From NCBI GenBank assembly GCA_030704615.1, contig CM060733.1, positions 37,572,001 to 37,636,000 of the forward strand: a stretch of DNA of 64,000 nucleotides, written 5' to 3'. Below, one piece after another: positions 58,901-64,000 of the stretch (position 1 is its first letter; the number at the start of each line of letters is the position of its first letter). The notes below the pieces were generated by a model. That model was given only the letters and a program-made list of their open reading frames with translations, searched no databases and was not told the origin of the DNA. The translations under genes were made by a program, and so were the position numbers. The DNA comes from Takakia lepidozioides (lineage: Eukaryota > Plantae > Bryophyta).

Positions 58901-61596
58901 TGATCACAGTGCTACTCTTTTGATCTTCCAGGGGACAAAGGAGAAGCTACAATAACCCCTCTTCTTTCCATAATACCTATATCTTGGGTTACTACTCAAG
59001 GTAAAATTAATGTGAACAGATCATGGGTAATGACAATGAAGACACCATGTAGAAGGCATTCACTTTTGTACTCGACACATGCACCAGACATGTTGCACAC
59101 ATAAGCAAGAGTGCCACACTCTAGTTTTTGTAGGGCGCTCAGGCTTGAAATCCATTTCTAAGGGCATCTTCCAAATAGGACCACACACAACCGGTAGCTG
59201 TTGGCCACAACCTCAATTTCACAGATGGGTTGTGGACACCAATGTTGGGGGACTGTTACCAAACACTGAAAGGCTTTCCACTGACCAGCTCCAAAGCAAC
59301 GGTCAACCTCTCTTATCAGCAGCTAGCTACACCAGCAACTGAGCAAACATTGATCACAGCAGCAGCTGACAAAGCACTGCAGATAAAAATATGTATCAGA
59401 TTCTACATGCTACCGAAAAGCCATCGAGCATCGCTCCTTCTGCAAGAAGGTTGAATAATGCTGCCTTATGCAGAGGAGGGTAGCCTTGCTCTGCTACGGC
59501 CAGAAAAAATCTAATTCATGAGCCTCCACCCATGAGCCTGTGAGCGACTGAGCACAACACTGTGAGTCTATGAGCCTGTGCTCACAATTTTGGGTGAATC
59601 AGGGTGAATCATGAGCCTGAGCTCACGGATTTCACGCTCACTTGCTCATGGGAATCCTGCTCATGGATTAATTTCTCTCCTACAGCTAGTGGTCATATAA
59701 CCACATACAAACTGACCCTTACCTGCACCAGAGCTGTCAAAGGGGAAACGGACATGGCTTTATGACAGTCAAGTCAATAAAGGCACTGTCGGTGCCATTG
59801 TTTCTGATCTCCCCTTCAACAGGGTTACATGTCAGAGAAACAATACCAAATCTGTCAGAAGTGAGTATGACCTTTACATGGAGCATACGCTCTTACAACT
59901 CCCACTTCTTGTGGGACTGAACCTCTTTTAAGTTGAGGATCTCTGCCACTGATCTCTCCACCACAGGTTATGAAGGCTTCAGAAGGGCTCCGGGATTGGA
60001 TCTCTTCACTAGCATAAGGTTCAACATTGTTTCTGTGGAAAAATCTGCATATCTCCTGAAAGGAGAAGATCAAAAGGCTTATTAGTTCAAGTCCTTCTTC
60101 CCAAGGAGCTTCAACTTGTTACCTCTGTAATTATCCCCATCAATTCTGGTCAGTAAACAAACTACTGGGTCTCTGACCATGGCTCCAGTCAGCAAAGTGC
60201 AATACTCTTTGCAAGCAAACACTACCACACAGCAGTTAAACTAAGGTATGAGAACCTAGGATGAATAGATGGCAATTCTAGTCCTACCCCAAAAACGACA
60301 CAATCTTTACACGAAGTTTCAACTTTCCTGCTCATACAATGGCTGTTAATCCCAATAGCGAAGACAATATCACGGAAAGATGCCAAAAGACACTCCCCAT
60401 ACTGTCAACCGTCTACGATGAGACCATTAAAAGGATCTGTCACTTAAAGCGGCATCCCTTTTTTTTCTAAGAAGGGAGGGAGGACATGGGCAGGAGGTGA
60501 CTAACCTGAGCTTCAGTGAACATAATACCCGGACAGGCAGCAAGCCCAGCAAGGTCATGTTCCATGTATTCAAATACGAGGTAGAGACTGCAAGACATTC
60601 GTGATGTCACCAACCCCTCCAATTTCACCACATTTGGATGATCAAGGCGGCGAAGCACTTGAATCTCCCGAGCCATAAACCGCACACTTTCAGGTTCCAA
60701 ATTATCAAACCGCACCTTCTTCAGTGCAACAATTTTCCCTGTCTCAAGATCTCGAGCCTTGTACACATTGCTGTATGTCCCCTGTCCAATCTACAAACAT
60801 CCACTCTATTATTGTAAAGTCACAGCAGCATTCTTTCACCATTCCAAAAATGCTGCCCTTCCTGTTCTCTCTCTCTCCCTCCCTCTTGCTACAGCAAAGA
60901 AAGTCTTATGGGTACATTCTCTCTCCCTCTTATTCCGCCCAGACTGGGCTTGGGGTCTATGGCCACAAGGCTGCAGCAAACACTGTCTTATATGAGTATC
61001 TCTCTTCTTTGCTCAAGAACAAGACTTGCCATAAAGTTTGCCATCAAGTCACCACACAAATCTTTAGACCCCTAACATGCATTGGACCTCACACTTCAGT
61101 GCTCTCTCACATTGGACAGTTCAGGATTTTTCCTTAACAGCTGCAAACCACGAAGTTTCATTTCCAAGCACCAACAGAGCTAGCTTGAACTTACCTTATC
61201 GAGCTTCTCAAATGAGGCAGCATGTCGAGGAATCCAACCCTTGATAGCCTCCCCAGCAACGGCTGACAGCCACCCAGGCCATCCAGCAGCAACTTGTTCT
61301 CCCTCCAAGTGCTTTGAGGGATTACTCAATCTAGGATTCGGCTCTGCTTGACTCAAAATCTTCTCTCTTCTCCTTTCCACTCCTTCATCCAATATTGCTG
61401 TTGAGCTAATTGTGCCATTATGTTTGCTTCTGACTTTGATTCGTTCTTTGTCTTTTTCTGGAACAGTAACAATTGCTTCGGCAGTTTCAACTTTAGCACT
61501 TGCGCTGGAGCGCCTACCTGCTGACCGGGTTACGCTCTTCTCTTTAGGGCTTTCAGAGTCATCCTGTAACCTCTGCTTGACGCACGCACAGCCCAT
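52974..61596 (-). CDS. CDKC-related (CDK-like, At1g54610/IBS1-type) Ser/Thr protein kinase
   Basis: MGC N-terminus; EQVAAGWPGWLSAVAGEAIKGW; IGQGTYSNVYKA; PESVRFMAREI; HRDIKGSN; DFGLA; TLWYRPPE; YPPSKEFDAK; HSGPL..HERQIQQA. Exons include 61596-61195, 60790-60506, 58495-58178, 55744-55517, ~55012-54912, ~54688-54564, ~54362-53711, ~53255-52974. Confidence 0.94.
57307..58139 (-). mobile_element. Young 5'-truncated family A LINE, 833 bp, in kinase intron 3
   Basis: Uninterrupted frame to ..KATANNVL* (TGA 57315-57313). Perfect 16-bp TSD AGTGTTCCAAGATAGA (57291-57306, 58140-58155). Highly similar to 17330-18190. Confidence 0.96.
59501..59679. mobile_element. Degenerate MITE-like element
   Basis: Imperfect TIRs (agaaaaaatctaattcatgagc / gctcatggattaatttctct), internal TGAGC/GCTCA repeats, flanks ctacggc / ctacagc. 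Confidence 0.55.
60888..60998 (+). mobile_element. Two stacked, diverged family A 3' ends next to TC tracts in kinase intron 1
   Basis: gctacagcaaa..gtcttatgggtaca, then tctctctccctc, then gcccagactgggc..ggccacaaggct..gtcttatatgagta, then tctctc. Confidence 0.8.
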
Positions 61597-64000
61597 CCCT
61601 ATGCTCTTCAGGGACAAATGACTCTTGGCAGCAAACTCGCCCTATTAATATTGCCGCAGGCTTCTTCTGTGCAGACGAGGCATTGAAAGAAGGCGTCAGA
61701 ACAAGTCTGTCATCGTCACATCATCCCCCTCATCGGCACTGAAACAATTCCTCGCTTTCAGTAATTCAGCGTCCAGTCTCACCCCAGCGAAGGCAAGCGT
61801 AAATGAGCCAGTGCCAACAGCAGACACCTACTTCCCATGTGCCATGTCTCGCACACCACTGGACAAATCCAAACCTTTGGTTGAAAGTAGCTTGTACACC
61901 AACTGTATACTACTGCCTTCCTCTCGGCCATCCCCTGCTCTGCCTCACCTCCCACATACAGACACCCCGTGCTAGTTCGATGCAGATATCGTCGCACAAC
62001 ACCACCACCCCTTCCTCTGCCACGCTTCTGCCGCAACAACAGACGATCATGTAGCAGAAAGGCAACAAGACCTCGGGCAGCCAGCAGCCCCAACAAACCA
62101 ACCACCTTTCTCCACAATCATCAGGGGAAACCCCTGCAGCACACCCCCAGCTGCCGTTCCTCTGCCACCTACCTAGTCGACTCTCTGCCCTATTCCTCCA
62201 TCGCCCGCCTGCTTTGAGAGCTCAATCAGGTATGTTCAAATGGCACCAGCGATATTGGTGGCAACAAGCAGGCGCCATGCCTGCTGCTCCATGGCTGCAC
62301 GATCAAACGCGATCCCAGCGCGTCAGCCAAGATGGAGCAGAGCAGGGCTCCCCCGCGCAGGCTCGGCAGCGCACGTCTGTTCTGCACCTCCACCCAACGC
62401 TCTCTTAGGGTCCGTCCGCTCCCTCGCCGCCGTACGCCGTCCACCCCGCCAAAGGATGTGACACGTGCCTCCACGACAATCCCGCGCGTCAGATTCGACG
62501 CAAATTACAGGACGTAATCGTCGCCGTCTTTCCCCCGCGACGTTTCCAGCTGTGTATTCCGTGGAACAGTTTGGCCGGCCGTCTTTCTAGTCGCCGGACG
62601 GAGTTCTCAGCTCTGGAATCGGGCCCCACGCCCGCCTGGTTCCGTTGACGTTTCAGTATTTCGTCGTACGGAGTGTGTACAGTGTCCGCGTAGAATACGA
62701 TCACGCGTGTGCAATACCTGAATGTCCATCTATGTCCATATCCATCCTTCACTTACTGGATCACAATTCCACCAAAAATAAATAAATAAAAATAAAAAAA
62801 ATTCCACAACCATGTGTGTTCTCACCCAGGCTCATTCTGCTCGCTGGTTAACTTGCTGTGATTGGGTTTCATCTACTCTTAAGTTTGTTTTTTTTTTTCG
62901 GAAAACTCTATTTTATTTTTTTGAGGAACGAGACATATCCCGGCCCAATTGCTGCCAAAAGAGGCATAGGCAAAAATAACCAGGAATGTCATCAAGCTTA
63001 CAAGGAGACAACCTACCTTTGCTTTTCGTTCGGGTTGTTATAGTGTCTCAAATCTAAAACAGATGCACTGAGGACATCTTTATTGTTCTAGGTCCGCCAT
63101 CTTTTATATATTTCTCTTGCAAGTGGAAATCTGTCTTGTTTTTCCGTCCTCTCCTTCTTTTAAAGTGTTTGCAAGTCGTTCACTTCTTCAAAGGTTGCAC
63201 TCATGTGTATCTATATCAGAAATTTACTTCTTCTTTCCTTCAGTATTTAAAAAAAAAAAAAAAAAAACCAACAGGGAGAGGAGGCCCTCGTATCTTTGAA
63301 AGGAGTAGTCGATGCATTTGTACTGTATTTATGAATTTTAGGCATAGGAGGTCATCCTTGGGAAGATAATTAAAGGTCTATTCAAGCAACTCCGTGTCCA
63401 AGTCCTCAATGTTTGCATTATTCAATGCATCTTTCTCATCCTTCTGTGAACATGCTAGGAGTTGAAGCTTATGATGCCCCCCAACCTGAAAAAACCTCCA
63501 CTTCAATTTAGGATGGAACCACTCTTGATCACGCAAAAAAATCCCAAGATGATATATTCATGATATCATAGGTTGTGTGCTTTGTTTCGCAACCTACACA
63601 CCAAACCATGAATGGCATCTTACTATCAACAAACAATTGTCAACCCTACCCAATATTGCAAAGGACAGTCAATCCAAGGGTTTCAAAATCTAAAAATTCA
63701 ATGAAGTGGATCATGTAGAGAAAACTTTACTATCAGAGATCAGAGTCTGTATGCCAAATTCCTAAAGACTCACTATGTCTAAGGTTCTCAGCTGCTATGA
63801 CAGGAAGTCCAACTCCTTTGGATGATTAAGCCTATAGAGAGTGGGTTGAGTGGGGTGGCTACTCAGCGTAGTGGTCATCTGCAGGGAATGCAAACACTAA
63901 TGGCTCACCAATGACTTTTCCTACGTAACTGCTAAGATACTTTTAGTCCTAACAAATTTTAGACCTAGAGAGTGACTTCTGAGATTAATCATATTTGATC

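Noticed and set aside
61779-62752. ORFs upstream of the kinase as separate genes or conserved uORFs
   Set aside because: GC-rich leader/promoter sequence with overlapping ORFs in several frames and no recognisable protein motif.

Overview
Nuclear DNA from a non-flowering land plant (bryophyte, lycophyte or fern; inferred from a RAB21 gene and PLS-type PPR motifs). The left ~27 kb is mostly decayed transposons: a Ty1/copia remnant, a cluster of PLS-PPR pseudogenes including a near-identical tandem array, and a four-level nest. In the nest, an L1-type LINE is split by a 13.1-kb CACTA element (perfect ends, CTA TSD). The CACTA holds a 5'-truncated RTE/RTEX-like LINE, which in turn carries an inverted ~0.5-kb open PPR segment. 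A Mutator-like MITE sits in the L1 3' UTR. The right ~36 kb has four intron-rich host genes: a kelch-repeat/coiled-coil ACBP4/At5g18590-like gene (+), GPI8/PIG-K (-), RAB21 (+) and a CDKC-related PESVRFMARE kinase (-). The most striking system is the RTE/RTEX-like LINE family. It has about ten copies or fragments in the window. Its ORF stops 6 nt before an invariant 3' end (...TTA-TGA-GTACAA) with no poly(A). It inserts repeatedly at the edge of (TC)n tracts with 13-16 bp TSDs, and one copy has captured PPR modules. All calls are by eye; no searches were run.
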